A stretch of DNA of 64,000 nt from Octopus vulgaris (Eukaryota): the NCBI GenBank assembly GCA_951406725.2, contig OX597840.1:19778001-19842000 (forward strand). The letters are read 5' to 3'. The position numbers and the translations under genes are program-made. The stretch's first letter is position 1. Every line of letters starts with the position of its first letter. This document shows positions 1 through 14,991 of this stretch, one piece after another. The notes under the pieces are model-generated. The model was not told the origin of the DNA. It did no database searches and was given only the letters and a program-made list of their open reading frames with translations.

Positions 1-209
1 CTTTGCACAAGGCCTGAAATCTGTGGGGGCGGGGGCCAGTCGATTAGATCGTACCAGTACGCAACTGGTGCTTAATTTATCGACCCCGAAAGGATGAATG
101 AAAGGCAATGTCGATCTCGGGGGAATTTGAACTCAGAATGTAAAGACAGACGAAACACAGCTAAGCATTTCGCCCGGCGTGCTAACGATTCTGCCAGCTC
201 GCTGCCTTA
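1..209 (-). mobile_element. SINE family B (AAGGCGGCGAGCTGGCAGAATCGTTAGCACGCCGGGCGAAATGCTTAG...GAGTTCAAATTCC)
   Basis: tRNA-like A/B boxes; recurs at 13105, 18740, 24377, 31268, 41090 and elsewhere. Confidence 0.8.
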
Positions 210-314
210 AAATCTATTTTCTACTCTAGGCACAAATCAAATATCGGGTGACATCCCCCGCAACACACACACACACACACACACACGTACACCTCATCCG
301 AGACTCTGACAAGC

Positions 315-868
315 GCCGCCGCCTTCACCACGCTCACCGCCACCACCACCACCATCGTCACCACGCGCACCACCACCTACACCACGCTCACCGCTACCAC
401 CACCGCCACCTTCACCACGCACATTGCCACTTTCACCTTGCTCACCACCACCACCATCACCGCCACCTGCACCACGCGCACCGCCACCTGCATCACGCGC
501 ACCACCACCACCACCTCCACCTAAACCACGCTCAATGCCATCACCAGCGACACCTTCACTTTGTTCACCGCCACCACCATCTTCACTACGCTCACCGCCA
601 CCACCATCGCCACCTTCACCACGCTCACCACCACCACCACCACCACCATCACGACGCACACCGCCGCCACCACCGCTCACCACCATCACCTCCACCGCCA
701 CCTAAACCACGCTCACCGCCACCACCACTACCACCACCTTCTCCACGCTCACCACCACCACTACCACCATCGTCACCACGCTCAACGCCACCACGACCGC
801 CACCTTCACGAGGCACACCACCGCCACCACCACCACCACCTTCACCCCGCACACCACCGCCTCCATAC
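315..868. repeat. C-rich degenerate minisatellite (CTTCACCACGCTCACCGCCACCACC-type unit)
   Basis: Recurrent caccacgctcaccgccaccacc; yields His/Pro-rich pseudo-ORFs. Confidence 0.8.
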
Positions 869-1234
869 CAAGCGGGTCCCTAATTCCCCTTACATCGTAC
901 CTAAAAGCGAAACAAAGACACAGCGTCCATTTTAAAGTCTATTGATCCCCGTGGGAGAGCAGAAAATCCTCCTCCAACGAAAAGTTACGGAATTTATTTT
1001 CTTTCTATTTCTATTTCTTACTTTCACTTTTGTTTCTGTTTATTTATTCTTTAACCAATTATTTTTAACTCGTTCAAACTTATTAAAACTACTTAGCGTC
1101 TATTTGCTTCCATTTATGGCCTTCCTTTTTATCCTTTTGTGGCTTATTTCAAGTTCGAAGAGATCGTTAACCGCGGCAACGAAATTATTTTGTCATAACG
1201 AATAAGTTATCTCGAACGAGATATCCTGTACTGC

Positions 1235-1362
<128 letters not shown>

Positions 1363-1769
1363 TGTGAGTGTCTGTGTGTGTGTGTGTGTGTGTGATTATT
1401 GAGTTTTTATTTCAAGATTTCTTGCCAATAAAGAGGCGGTTTCTAATCTAGGCCCCTTCACTGGAATTTATCAACATCAACAGGGTAGCTTTGTATGTAT
1501 GTATGTATGTATGTATGTATGTATGTATGTATGTATGTATGTGTGTGTGTGTGTGTATATGCGTATGTATGTGTGTATGTATGTGTGTATGTATGTGTGT
1601 ATGTGTGTATGTATGTGTGTATGTGTGTATGTATGTGTGTATGTATGTGTGTATGTATGTATGTATGCATGTATGTACGTATGTATGTATGTATGTGTGT
1701 ATGTATGTGTGTATGTATGTATGTATGTATGTATGTATGTATGTATGTATGTATGTATGTATGGTAACA

Positions 1770-2295
1770 TGTAACCCAGTACTACCTGTTGCATGGTCGG
1801 GTCGTCGGCGACTAAACCGGCAACCCCACCAAGCTCGCTTGGTGAGGAGGGTGTTTATTGGTCACCCTGCGGGATGAAAAACAAAACCCATCAAAGGGCG
1901 GAGGAACTCTTGAGAGTCAACGGCCATCCAATAAATGTCTTAAAGCTGTATCATGCGCGGGGACATAGAAATAATCGGATTGAATACCCGATCGCGCAGT
2001 TAAACCATGAGGGAGTGAAGGACTCCTAGCCTTTGTTAGGGCATCCTTCTAGGAGAAGGCAACTCAGGGTAACTGGGATAACTCCGACATAAAACCTGCG
2101 GCTCAGTGGTTACCGATGATGTTGACTTGTTCTTCTTTTCGGATTATGGCTGCTGTTGCTTAGTGAGTGGCATTGACTCAGTGCACAGCCTTTCCTCACT
2201 TAAAAAAATATCTTCTTGCACAGGCATTGCACGATAACAACATTGATTAAGCTTCGTGCAATGGCCATATTCGATAACGAGGGGGCAGCCACCAT
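1770..2295 (+). mobile_element. Probable retroelement 5' UTR fragment (RTE-like) between (TATG)n tracts
   Basis: GC-richer island with gggcatccttctaggagaaggcaactc...aaaacctgc, reminiscent of RTE 5' ends. Single copy here. Confidence 0.35.
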
Positions 2296-2636
2296 GTATG
2301 TATGTATGTAATGTATCTGTTGTCCACTGAACTTTTTAATAATTCCTTCTGGAAACTATCTTTAACATTTTCTTAAGAATGTATATATATGTTGTAATCT
2401 TTTGTGCCCAATATTTTAATGAACTTGTTAAACTTTTTTATGTTCTTAACATGTTCTTGTTACCAAAGAATGTATATATGTATTGTAGCATTTTGTGACA
2501 ACCAATAATTAACACAACCAAACTTTTACATGTTACGTTTGACAATCTTTTTCTAAAAATTGAAACCGGTAAAGTAAATAAACATCTTTTAAAATTACAT
2601 TTTCAAACCTTCTTTCATATATATTCCTACACACTT

Positions 2637-2688
<52 letters not shown>

Positions 2689-2692
<4 letters not shown>

Positions 2693-2998
2693 CGTGATCA
2701 CCGTGACTGACCAGGCTATCAGATGTTGCTACACATCGCTGGTCACAATGCTCATCACATTGTTTTAGCCTTCAAATGACGCCACCCCGCTGGTTAAGCG
2801 AGCAGGCCAACAGAAGAAAGAGTGAAAGAAATTTCTGGCGAAAGAGTAGAGCAGGGATCGCCACCACCCCCTGTTGGAGCCGCGTGGAGCTTTAGGTGTT
2901 TTCGCTCAAAAAACACCCACAACGACCGGTCTTGGAATCGAAACCGCGATCCTACAACCGCGAGTCCGCTGCCCTAACCACTGGGCCATTCCGCCTCC
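2689..2998 (-). mobile_element. tRNA-derived SINE family C, tail type 1
   Basis: Head GGAGGCG.AATGGCCCAGTGGTTAGGGCAGCGGACTCGCGGT.GTAGGATCGCGGTTTCGATTCC; close match to 39396-39696. Confidence 0.85.
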
Positions 2999-3036
2999 AT
3001 ATATATATATATATATATCCACACACACACACACAC

Positions 3037-3102
<66 letters not shown>

Positions 3103-3498
3103 GAAGTGTGTAGGAATAAAATTATCAAGGGTGTCACCGTAGTAGCTCTCAGGTATGTTCCAGGTAACGGCTAACTAAATCACGTAGTACTAAGCGTCAA
3201 TGACTGCTTAGACTTAGCAATCACGCTATTATTCTTCGGGCAGAGAGTTCCGGGTTCGTTTCCCTGGATCATTGATATTATCGGGAGTGTAGATTTCAAA
3301 CGATTATAAAGAATACGGAAGCTGGTACATCATGGAACTTTTCTTTTAATTTTGCAGTTCATTATACAACTTAATTATTTGGTGAGAAATAATTACGGTC
3401 GGTGAACAACCGGAAAATTATAAGAAAAATTTCATCATGCACAAGTGTCCGTATTCTTTATAATTGTTTGATACTATAGTTATATATAGATATGTATG

Positions 3499-3561
<63 letters not shown>

Positions 3562-3770
3562 CATATATATATATTTATTATATATATAATATATACATAT
3601 ATGTATATATATGTATATATATACATATGTATGTATATTATATATATATACATACATATATATATTTATTATGTATATATAACATATATATATGTATGTA
3701 TATGTCTATATGTACATATGTATGTATATTATATATACATATATATATTTCTTATATATATATATATACA

Positions 3771-3933
3771 GGCGCAGGAGTGGCTGTGTGGTAAGTAGCT
3801 TGTTTACCAGCCACATGGTTCCGGGTTCAGTCCCACTGCATGGCACCTTGACTAATTGTCTTCTACTACAGCCTCGGGCCGACCAAAGCCTTGTGATTGA
3901 ATTTGGTAGGCGGAAACTGAAAGAAGCCCTTCG
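3771..3933 (+). mobile_element. SINE family A head. Other partial copies: 26288-26447+, 8985-9177+, 15019-15230-, 23869-24070-, 37850-38043+; decayed ~42400-42600, ~55790-55990, ~59240-59430
   Basis: Sequence similarity to family A. Confidence 0.8.
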
Positions 3934-4179
3934 TGTGTATATGTATGCATGATGTACATCAATTATCACTTATTGGCTATAAAAAGACAAAATTCTCATC
4001 TGACAGGCTGTTTCTGTTGACGCTATTCCCAAGCTTAACCACCACAATAATAATAATAATTATTATTATTATCATTGTATGGAATTTGAATATTGGAACT
4101 TCATCAGAGCGGAAAAGTAAACAAAAGAAAAGATAGGAAAAAGAAGACAAAGAAAGAGAAGGAGAAAGCGAGAAAACGA

Positions 4180-4236
<57 letters not shown>

Positions 4237-4473
4237 TAAAGAAGAATGGAGTCGAGAAAGACACATGTTTCGAGAGTAAAGAATTTTGTTAACATCTTCG
4301 TTCGACTCCATTCTTCATTTATTCATATACAACACACAAATTTATAGACATGAACCCGGAGTTTCTACCTTGACAGGTCGGTTCAACCGTGTTTTCTGAC
4401 GTGAATTTGCTACCCAGGTTTCGGTTAAACGAATTTTCCATGCTGACGATAAACATAGGATAATTCATTCACC

Positions 4474-4543
<70 letters not shown>

Positions 4544-4573
4544 CAAAATTAGCAACAGGATATCAAGAAGTGA

Positions 4574-4659
4574 TGCAGTACGACTGTTTCAAGCGTCTCC
4601 ATTTAATTGAACAATGTAATCATTACATCAATTTAAATGCAGGGCTATCATCAGCTGCA
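4574..4659 (-). ncRNA. Hammerhead motif with long stem II
   Basis: UGCAG-CUGAUGA-UAGC..[cauuuaaauuga uguaaugauuaca.. ucaauuaaaug hairpin]..GCUU-GAAA-CAGUCG-UA|CUGCA. Confidence 0.68.
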
Positions 4660-5276
4660 CAAATAGATAGAATTTTAATCAGTTGGACACATTGATATAA
4701 TTTTTTCCAAATACTTTAACAGAACAAGAAGATGAAAGAAATCCATGTTATCGCTATTGTAGCTAAGAATAGACTACACTTATATAAATTTTACATGACG
4801 ATTTGTGCGAGTTATTTTGGAGTTTCAGCGTATTATAGAGGACCAAAACTTCGAAGTCACTCTTAACGTCCTTCTTGTAAAAGTTTCATAAACTTGTTAC
4901 CAATGGATAATATATCGAGTAGTACTTCAAAATTCCTCAGAAATTGTTTATATACATAATAGTTTCCCTGCCTTTCCTCCTCTCCACTGACGTGGATCTC
5001 GTCTGAAGTTGCGCGTAGAGGGCGAAGACGGTGGATGACGCAGATCTGGGAGTAACGTACAGAAATTCGGGAGTCGTTTGGTAGAGATGAGGGTGGTGAC
5101 GGTGGAGGTGGTGGTGGTGGTGGTGGTGGTGGTGGTGGTGGTGGTGATGCTGCTGATGCTGATGCTGGTGTGCTAGAGTGCAACTGTCAAACAGATCCGA
5201 TTATCTTTCCAAACTGATAAATGGTAAGGCAATTTATTGACAAAGATAACTTCACACCTGATGGGTTTAAAAACAG

Positions 5277-5327
<51 letters not shown>

Positions 5328-5341
5328 CACGCACACACGTA

Positions 5342-5399
<58 letters not shown>

Positions 5400-5662
5400 A
5401 GTATATATGTGTGTGTGTGTATGTATGATGATATGTATGATAATATATGTGTATACATACATATACATACATATGAATATATGTGTGTGTATATATATAT
5501 ATATATATATGTATTTATGTATGTATTTATGTATATACATACACACATATATTTATAAGTATATACAAAAAAATGTATCATACTTCGCATATTTTTATTA
5601 TTGGATGAGTAGTAGTAGTAGTAGTAGTAGTAGCAGTAGCAGCAGCAGCAGCAGTAGTAGTG

Positions 5663-5710
<48 letters not shown>

Positions 5711-5836
5711 TTTTGTGTCACGGTATGGGTCTTGTGCCCAATCTGAACCCTAATTCGTGACAAACTCTTTTGTTTTTGTTTCAGGAGGTTTTCACTTTTA
5801 ATATACATCGAAATACTTACATCTATCTATCTATGT

Positions 5837-5923
<87 letters not shown>

Positions 5924-5957
5924 GTATGTGTATATATGTACAATGTGTGTTATGTGA

Positions 5958-6012
<55 letters not shown>

Positions 6013-6025
6013 CATATGCATATAC

Positions 6026-6077
<52 letters not shown>

Positions 6078-6085
6078 ACACATAC

Positions 6086-6146
<61 letters not shown>

Positions 6147-6392
6147 TATACATATGTGTATATATATTGTGCGTGTATACATATATATATATCTACATAC
6201 ATACATATATATATGTATCACGATTTTTTTCCTCTGTCTTCCTTCTCTGGATCTTTCCTTCTCCTATGTTTCACGAAGAGCTCCGCTCGAAACTTAAACC
6301 TCCTTCTTTCCTTCTTTCCTGAGCGTCCAATAATACTTTATTTGTTCCACGTCCTCGCGTTGTTGTGTTTTTTGTGTTTTCTTGTTTGATTA

Positions 6393-6428
<36 letters not shown>

Positions 6429-6443
6429 TATATATCTACAAAC

Positions 6444-6496
<53 letters not shown>

Positions 6497-7119
6497 GCAA
6501 ATACATACACGTAACACTACACATGACCAAGAAACACTATGTAAAGTGCACAGTATATATAAAGTTTCCCTCATACACACACAGACATTCGTACACACAC
6601 ATACACACATGCAAGCAAGCATACACAGATAGACACACAAGTATATACACCCAGCTTGATCTGTAACCAAAAGCCGTATGTAAAGGGTTTAACGTATACA
6701 CACGCATTCGCTCTCCCTCAAGCACACACACACACACACACATACACACACATACAAACACACACACACACACACACACAAGTGCCTAAAAGACAAGAAG
6801 GCCGGGTGGAAAAAAGCAAGGAATTGTAGAAAATAGAACGGTGTCAGCTTGTTAATATTTCAGGAAGTCTGGGGAATTTCGGAAATACCAAAAATCTCAC
6901 GTTTGTCTGGTATTGTGTGTGTGTATGTGTGTGTGTGTGTCTGTGTGTATGTGTGTGTGTGTGTGTGTATGTGTGTGTGTGTGTGTGTGTTTCGCTGTAT
7001 ATGTGGGTGTGTGTGTGTGTGTCTCTATACGTGTGTATTAGTGCTTCTGTACCATTGTGTGTGTGTGTGTGTTTGGATTTACCATTCTGGGAACGCTGAC
7101 CTATTAAGTGTAGTAATTG

Positions 7120-8135
7120 TAGTAGTGGTGGGGGGTGAGTAGTGCTGATGCTGATGGTTGGTGGTGGTTGCGGTGGTGGTGGTGGTGGTGGTTGTGGTGG
7201 TGGTGGTGGTGGTGGTGGTGGTGGTAGTAGTAGTATTGGTAGTAGTGTTAGGGATGACGATGATTATAGTTGTGGTGGTAGTGATGGTGATGGTGATGGT
7301 GGTGGTGGTAGGTGGTGGTGGTGGTAGAGGTGGTGTGGTGGTGGTGGTGGTGGTGGTGGTGGTGGTGGTAATTGTGGTGGTGGTGGTGGTAATTGTGGTG
7401 GTGGTGGTGGTAGAGGTGGTGGTGGTGGTAGGTGGTGGTTGTGGTGGTGGTAGAGGTGGTGGTTGTGGTGGTGGTGGTGGTGTTGGTGGTGGTGGTGGTG
7501 GGTGGTGGTGGTGGTGGTGGTGGTGGTGGTGGTGGTGGTAATGGTGGTGGTGGTGCGTTGGTCATGGTGTTGATGGGAGTAATGTGGTTGTGGTGTTGAT
7601 GATGATGATGATGATGGTGGTGCAGGTGGTGCTGGTGTTTGTGGCGGTGATGGTGACAGTGGAGCTACTGCTCCTGTGCTGCTGCTTGTACCCCTGGCGA
7701 TGGTAGTGTTGATGGCAGTAGTCATGGTAATACTGGTGGTGGTGGCGGTGTTGGTGGTAGTGGTGGTGATGGTGATGGTGGTGATGGCGGTGGTGGTGTT
7801 ACTGTTGCTGTTGTTGTTGTTAAGCAATAAGACGGGTAAGGGTAATTAGGTGATGGTCTAGGGCTTAGGGGCGGGAGACCCCAGACCTTAACAAAAAAAA
7901 ACTTTGGTCGTCTTGTTGTAGTCGAGGGCTCTTCGTTGACGCCCGACACCACTGGGAGGTGGCCCCTCGAAGTCGCTGGAAATGGAGATCTCCAGGTCCA
8001 AATTCTTGGACGGCTGGTGGTGGTGGTGGTGGTGGTGGTGGTGGTGGTGGTGGTGGTGGTGGTGGTGGTGGTGGTGGTGGTGCTGATGGTGGTGCTGGTG
8101 CTGGTGCTGATGGTGGTGGTGGTGGTGGTGATAGT
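7120..8135. repeat. (GGT)n-rich low-complexity block with unique GC-rich islands
   Basis: Directly visible. Confidence 0.85.
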
Positions 8136-8273
8136 GCTGGTGTCCGTCGTAGCAGGGGGTGGGGACGTAACTGAAGTGGTGGTCATCCAAACTGTGGTGG
8201 GAATCACGGATGGATGGAAGCGCAGTGATGTGTAGCAATGTACAAGCAACTTGTTGAGTGCGCAATTATGTGC

Positions 8274-8580
8274 ACAGCAGAGCTTCTCCTCGACTTACGA
8301 CCATCCACTATTACGACCGCAATAAATAAATAAATAATCGATTTTCGGACGTTGGGCAGCTGCGCGTACGATAACTACGACAGCATCTGGCAACGTAGGC
8401 CCCTCCCCTCGGACCCAGGCATTCACTGCCTGTCATTGTCTCTGATTCAGTCGCTTTTAAGCATCAGATGCGTTTAAATGAAAATAGTGTTGAAAAATGT
8501 AAACCCGACATACGACCATATCGACTTACGACCGGTCAGTCGGAACGGAAAACTCGGTCGTAAGTCGAGGAGAAAGTGTA
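8274..8580. mobile_element. Tc1/mariner (Tigger/pogo-like) MITE
   Basis: Inverted repeats TTCTCCTCGACTTACGACC (8284-8302) and GGTCGTAAGTCGAGGAGAA (8556-8574); internal subterminal TACGACC repeats; ends in ..TGTA. Confidence 0.75.
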
Positions 8581-8900
8581 CATATATATATACACATATA
8601 TATCGTTGCTATTATGTTAAACTGTCGTATGTCGAAATTTGGAGAAATGCGGGGTTTTTTCAATATTTATCTTTTTGCTTGTAATAACCGGTTCTTTTGG
8701 TCAAACTATCGTATCTCCAACTACTTCAGATGCCAAGATATCAAAAATTGTCAAAGTGTAGGACAACGGTGGTCAAGCGATGGTGGAGGCACAAACATAG
8801 ACACACACAAACATATACACACACATACATACAAACATACATACATACATACATACATAAATACATACATACATAAATACATAAATACATACATACATAA

Positions 8901-8966
<66 letters not shown>

Positions 8967-9174
8967 GTATGCGTGTATATGTTCGTGTGTCCCCCACCAT
9001 CGCTTGACAACCGATGCTGGTGCGCTTACGTCCCTCTAACATAGTGGTTCGGCAAAAGAAAACCGATAGAATAAGTACTAGACTTACAAAGAATGAGTCC
9101 TGGGGTCGATTTGCTCGACTAAAGGCAGTGCTCCAGCATGGCAGCAGTCAAATGACTGAAACAAGTAAAAGAAT

Positions 9175-9225
<51 letters not shown>

Positions 9226-9226
<1 letters not shown>

Positions 9227-9608
9227 TAGCAGAATACCCCGGCGTTGCTCGGGTTTGTTTTTTAGTTGCGCTTAAAACGGCAGGCTTTGATGTCGCGTTA
9301 ACAAAATTTTGACGTAGTTTCAATCTTTTTTGAAAAGTAAAAATTTTGCATTATGTAGCTTGTTATTCTCTTTAAGTGAACATTTTTCTGGTTGAAATAC
9401 ACCGAAAAATGGCGACACAGCAGTCAAAAAATCGTAAAAAATAGGGATTTTCATAGAAAAAAAGCACCTTTTTGATGTAAATAATTTTTGGTGTTAACAT
9501 GGTCAGGTTTGAATTTTTTCTTCTACGGAAAGAAGGGCAAGCCTTCTTCTATCATACTCTCAATTTTGGTCAACTTGCGCCGCAGGGTCTCGGAGGCTAT
9601 CAAACCTG

Positions 9609-9645
<37 letters not shown>

Positions 9646-9671
9646 GACAACTTCAGCTTTATATGTATAGA
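9226..9671 (-). mobile_element. Non-autonomous Helitron (same 3' end as 30230, different interior)
   Basis: Minus strand A|TCTATACATATAAAG...(GT)n...AAACCCGAGCAACGCCGGGG.ATTCTGCTAG|T. Confidence 0.7.
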
Positions 9672-9802
9672 TATATATATGGACACACGGACACACACAT
9701 ATATAAAAACATAACTATATATATATATATACATACATTTGTATATATGTATGTGTATATATACATATATATATGAACACATGTATGTATGCATAGCAAT
9801 GT

Positions 9803-9847
<45 letters not shown>

Positions 9848-10406
9848 CATACACACTCGCACACATTTGAGATACAGTTTCCTGCTACACAATTAATTAA
9901 TTGTCCATTGTTCAAATCTTCAAAACTGCTTAATAACGCAATTCCTGTTTTTTTTCTGGTGTTTCATTTGAGCAACAGATCTGGAGATTTCAGTATGTAT
10001 GTATGTATGTATGTATGTGTGTATGTATGTATGTATGTATGTATGTATGTGTATGTATGTATGGTATGTATGTATGTATGTTTGTATGTATGTATGTATG
10101 TATGTATGTATGTATGTATGTATGTATGTATGTATGTATGTATGTATTGATGGGTGTGTAAGTCCGAGTATTTATATGTATGTGTATATGTATGTTTTTT
10201 TATATATGTATATATACGTATATGTACGTCTTTACATCTGTGTATATATGAATGTATTTATCTGCATTGTATGTACATATGTGTATGTGTGTGTATGCGT
10301 GAATGTATGTGCTTGTATAGATGTGTATATTTGTCACATGTACGAGTTTCTATCTGTTATGTAGATGATTTTACGCACATGTATGTATACATATATATAT
10401 GTGTAC

Positions 10407-10442
<36 letters not shown>

Positions 10443-10824
10443 CACCAAGTTACGGGGATGTAAACGCACCAACATCGGTTGTCAAGCGATGTTAAGGGGA
10501 CAGACACAGACACACAAATACATAGATACATACATAGGTACAAACATACATACATACATACGTACATACATACACAATGTATACATACATACATAGACGC
10601 ATACATACATACACACACATACATACATACATACACACACATACATACATACACACATACACACACATACACACATACACACACACACACACATACACGC
10701 ACACATACATACACACATACACACACATACACACATACATACACACATACACACATACACACATACACACATACACACACACACACATACACACACACAC
10801 ATACACACATACATACACACATAC

Positions 10825-10855
<31 letters not shown>

Positions 10856-10884
10856 TACACACATACACACATACATACATACAA

Positions 10885-10962
<78 letters not shown>

Positions 10963-11418
10963 AGGCCTCTCAAGCCTCACCTTCCCAGCTGGTCAAGTGG
11001 TTGGTTTATTAAGGCCGTTGTCCTCTGATTGGTTTATTTATCTTAATTACTACCGCGGGGTGGGGGGAGGAGGTGATATTTTTTGTAAGATTGTTATTGT
11101 TGTTTTTGTTTGTTTATTTACTCGTTTCCATGGAAATCCCAATTCCTCATTGTCCTTTGTCTTTCAGTTCTGTATCATCCTATAAACGTCCTTCCGGTTT
11201 AAACGTTCTAAGTTCATCTATTTCGGACTCGACACTCTAAGTACCAGTTAAGTGCTGAGGTCGACGTAATTGACTTACCATCACCACTACCACCACCACC
11301 TCCCCACCACAAAGCTTACTGGCTTTGTGCCAAAATTTGAAACCGTTATTATAAAGGGTTTATGTAATCGACTTGTCCCCCACCCACCGAAACTGCTGGC
11401 ACTGAGCCAAAATTTGGT

Positions 11419-11462
<44 letters not shown>

Positions 11463-11630
11463 TATTATTATTATTATTATTATCATCATTACCATTATTA
11501 TTATTATTATTCTATGCTTCACTTTTGCTTTATATTTGTACAAGTTGGCTCCAAGTCTCACCCAGAGACCTCAAGAGACAACAGGTTGGAAGTTGGAAGT
11601 TATTATTATCATCATCATTATTATTATTGA

Positions 11631-12180
11631 GTGAGGGAGCAGTGCATGCCATCAAAGTGACACTGGGGTAATATATACGAAGGCCATCATGACTACCCGT
11701 CTGATAAGGGAAAACTAGGCACATGCATCACAACCATATGTGTGTGACATGGCGATCTCGTATCAAGATAAACAGCGCATGACTTTGCAGGTGGGGCCCA
11801 GTTAGAATTTTCTTCTGGTCAAGTAACCCATCTCGCTCAAAAGGTACTTGAATAAAGGTTGTTTAAGGATGTTGAACGAAACACCCATGTTTCCAGAGGT
11901 GAATTATCCAAGCCTCCAAGAATCCCTCTCAACACATGACTATGATGCTCCCCCACTACTTCTGCTCGTGATCAGAGATGCACATATCATCAGCCACCAA
12001 GGGACATGATCAACTGGTTATGGACAAACAACTGACAAGCAAATCTGTGGTATTGAGCAGAATATTTGCTGTAGTCCCATCTTTTTATACCAAGACAAAA
12101 CAATGTACATGATAACACTTCCAATCAGTTAAGACCAGAAACCACGAGAGCCACTGTCTGGTACTGCATCAGGGCATTTA
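11631..12180 (+). mobile_element. Unclassified dispersed repeat flanked by (TTA)n; second copy 41455-41735 on the opposite strand
   Basis: 11720-11995 matches the reverse complement of 41455-41735. Confidence 0.7.
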
Positions 12181-12195
12181 TTATTATTATTATTA

Positions 12196-12230
<35 letters not shown>

Positions 12231-13311
12231 GTAGTAGTAGTAGTAGTAGTATTATGATCATCATCATCATCATCATCACCTTTATAATAATATGCTTAGC
12301 GGCGTTTTGACCGTCTTAAAGACGTTCTAAGTTCAAATATCGCCGATGAAATAAGTACCAGTTGAGTTCTAGGGGTCGATGTACTCGACTTACCCCCACC
12401 CCACCCCGCCCCATTCCCCCACCGCCCGAAATTTCATGGCCGAATCGATAGCACGACGAACAAAACGCTTAGAAGTTAATTCATCCGTCTTTACGTCCTG
12501 AGTTCAATTTCTACCGACGTCGGCTTTGCGGGGACGATAAACGATGTACCCGTTGAGTACTGGAGTCGATTACGTCGACCCATGCCCCAAAATCTCAGGC
12601 CTTGTATCTGTATCAGAAAAGGATTCTTTTTTTTTTTATATATCTCACCTTTATGGTGCAATTGAGGTAAGTCTATTCATCACCTACGATCTCAGTCATT
12701 CAAGAACTTTCGAACGATCTTCGCCGTCCTTAACAAGCAGGCCAGTCGCATACATTCTATGTGCTCCCCCTTTTTCTGTCTAATCCTTTCCATATTATTT
12801 CAATGAAAACTGGTACAACCCCACTTTTTTCTGTAACCCCTCAACCTGCTTGTCTCTCTCTCTTCCGGTTCTGGTACATATATCTAATCTATTTTGTCAG
12901 TTTCTTTTTCCCTTATTCTTATATCAAATGGGAAAACCACACCAATTATGTACCAAGTGTGTTCACACTACTCAAACACCAGGATATCTGGTCTGTTACG
13001 CACCAGGACATGATCCGTTTCGATAGAAAAAAACCCCAGACAAATGTAACCTCATCATTACCGGTCACTTTCTCAAGTGCATCTTCATACCACTTGTGTG
13101 TGGGGAGGTGGCAGAATCGTTAGAACGCCGGGGGAAATGCTTAGCGCTATTTCATCCGTCTTCATGTTTTGAGTTCAAATACCGCCGAGGTCGACTTTGC
13201 CTTTCATCCTACCGGGGTCGATTAAATAAATACCAACTAAGCACTGGGGTCTATCTAATCAATTCATCCCCCTCCTCGAAACTACTGGCCTTGTGACAAA
13301 TTTGAAACCCT

Positions 13312-13361
13312 TACTACTACTACTATTGTTATTATTATTATTATTATCATTTTTATTATTA

Positions 13362-13440
<79 letters not shown>

Positions 13441-13470
13441 TATTATTATTACTATTATTATTATTATTAC

Positions 13471-13530
<60 letters not shown>

Positions 13531-13542
13531 TATTATTATTAC

Positions 13543-13602
<60 letters not shown>
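13312..13602. repeat. (TTA)n microsatellite, ~290 bp
   Basis: Directly visible. Confidence 0.97.
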
Positions 13603-13603
<1 letters not shown>

Positions 13604-14102
13604 GTCGCCTGTAGGACGGATCCGGCTGTCAACTGAAACCATCTTGAAGATCGCTCCGCCGCCTTCCTTTAACCGGGAAGAAAAGGCTGTATTTATATGC
13701 CTGGTGGCCATGGCGAAAGGGGTTATAATGGTCGACGAGCTTGTAGGGGCTGAAAACAAACACTTTTTTCTCTTTGGCCAGTCCCTGATGAAAAGCTTTA
13801 AGTTTCACTTGAAAAGGAAAATGAGGTTAGAGATGGAAGAGTTGTCTTCTGGCCAGTTTGCTGAAAGGTGGATGAAAGTAGCGAGAATGGGGCGAGTGAA
13901 CGGACCCTTGCCCTGAGCATACGACTGTAGTTGGAAAGAGGAAAAGAAACGAAAAAAAGCACCTGCCCCAAAAGTCGGGGAACCCATGGTTTTTTTATGG
14001 GGTTTCTCCATGAGCAACCTTCAAATGTCTCCTCTCTATTGAGGATTGGTCTCTTTTATTTTTAAATTTTAACAGTTTTGTTTACACACAAAACCCTCAC
14101 AA

Positions 14103-14148
<46 letters not shown>

Positions 14149-14281
14149 ACACATACACATACACATACACACACACATACACACACATACAAACACACAC
14201 ATACACACACACACACACACGCATACACACACACACATACACACACACATACACACATACACACACATACACACATACACA

Positions 14282-14340
<59 letters not shown>

Positions 14341-14410
14341 TCTTTGTTTTGTCCAGTGATGTCCATAATGTTTCACTCAATGTAAAGTCCTTTGTGGTTA
14401 ATAAAGAAAT
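13603..14410 (+). pseudogene. 3' end of an L1/Tx1-like LINE (ORF2 C-terminus + 3' UTR interrupted by (CA)n)
   Basis: Non-repetitive reading frame ...FKFHLKRKMRLEMEELSSGQFAERWMKVARMGRV*, then a UTR ending TAATAAAGAAA. Related UTR pieces at ~19300-19510 and ~31720-31850 (minus). Confidence 0.5.
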
Positions 14411-14837
14411 TATTATTATTGTTGTGGTTGTGGTTGTTGTTGTTGTTGTTGTTGTTGTTGTTAGTTTTATTATGAAACGGAGGATGGTATGTTGTGATGA
14501 AGCAGAAGGAAGCGCAGCGTGTACAGGATGAAGAGGAGGAAGAGGTGGAGGAGGAAGAGGAGGGGGTAAGAGAGGTCAAGTGTTATTGTCTTTCGATTAG
14601 TACTTGTTTATTACAGGACAGGATTGTCTCAGTCGGATCTGGAGTGGAAGTATGGAGTGTGGAGTGGAGTAGAGTGCGGATAGGGAGAGGTCGATGGCAT
14701 CACGTAAGGATGCGCAATGGACGAAGGACAGGAAGAGGTGGAGAGAGAAGGAGGGGGAAGGAAGGGGGAAAGAACGAAAGAAAGAAAGAAAGAAAGGGAC
14801 ACGGAGACAAAGAGAGAGAAGAAGGGGGAAAGAACGA

Positions 14838-14872
<35 letters not shown>

Positions 14873-14953
14873 GGACACGCAGACAAAGAGAGAGAGAGAG
14901 AGAGAGAGAGAGAAGAAGGGAGAAAGAAAGAAAGAAAGAAAGGGACACGGAGA

Positions 14954-14991
<38 letters not shown>

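Noticed and set aside
248-935. His-rich / Pro-rich ORFs
   Set aside because: Open in several frames on both strands because a CAC-based repeat lacks stops; no ATG start or domain.
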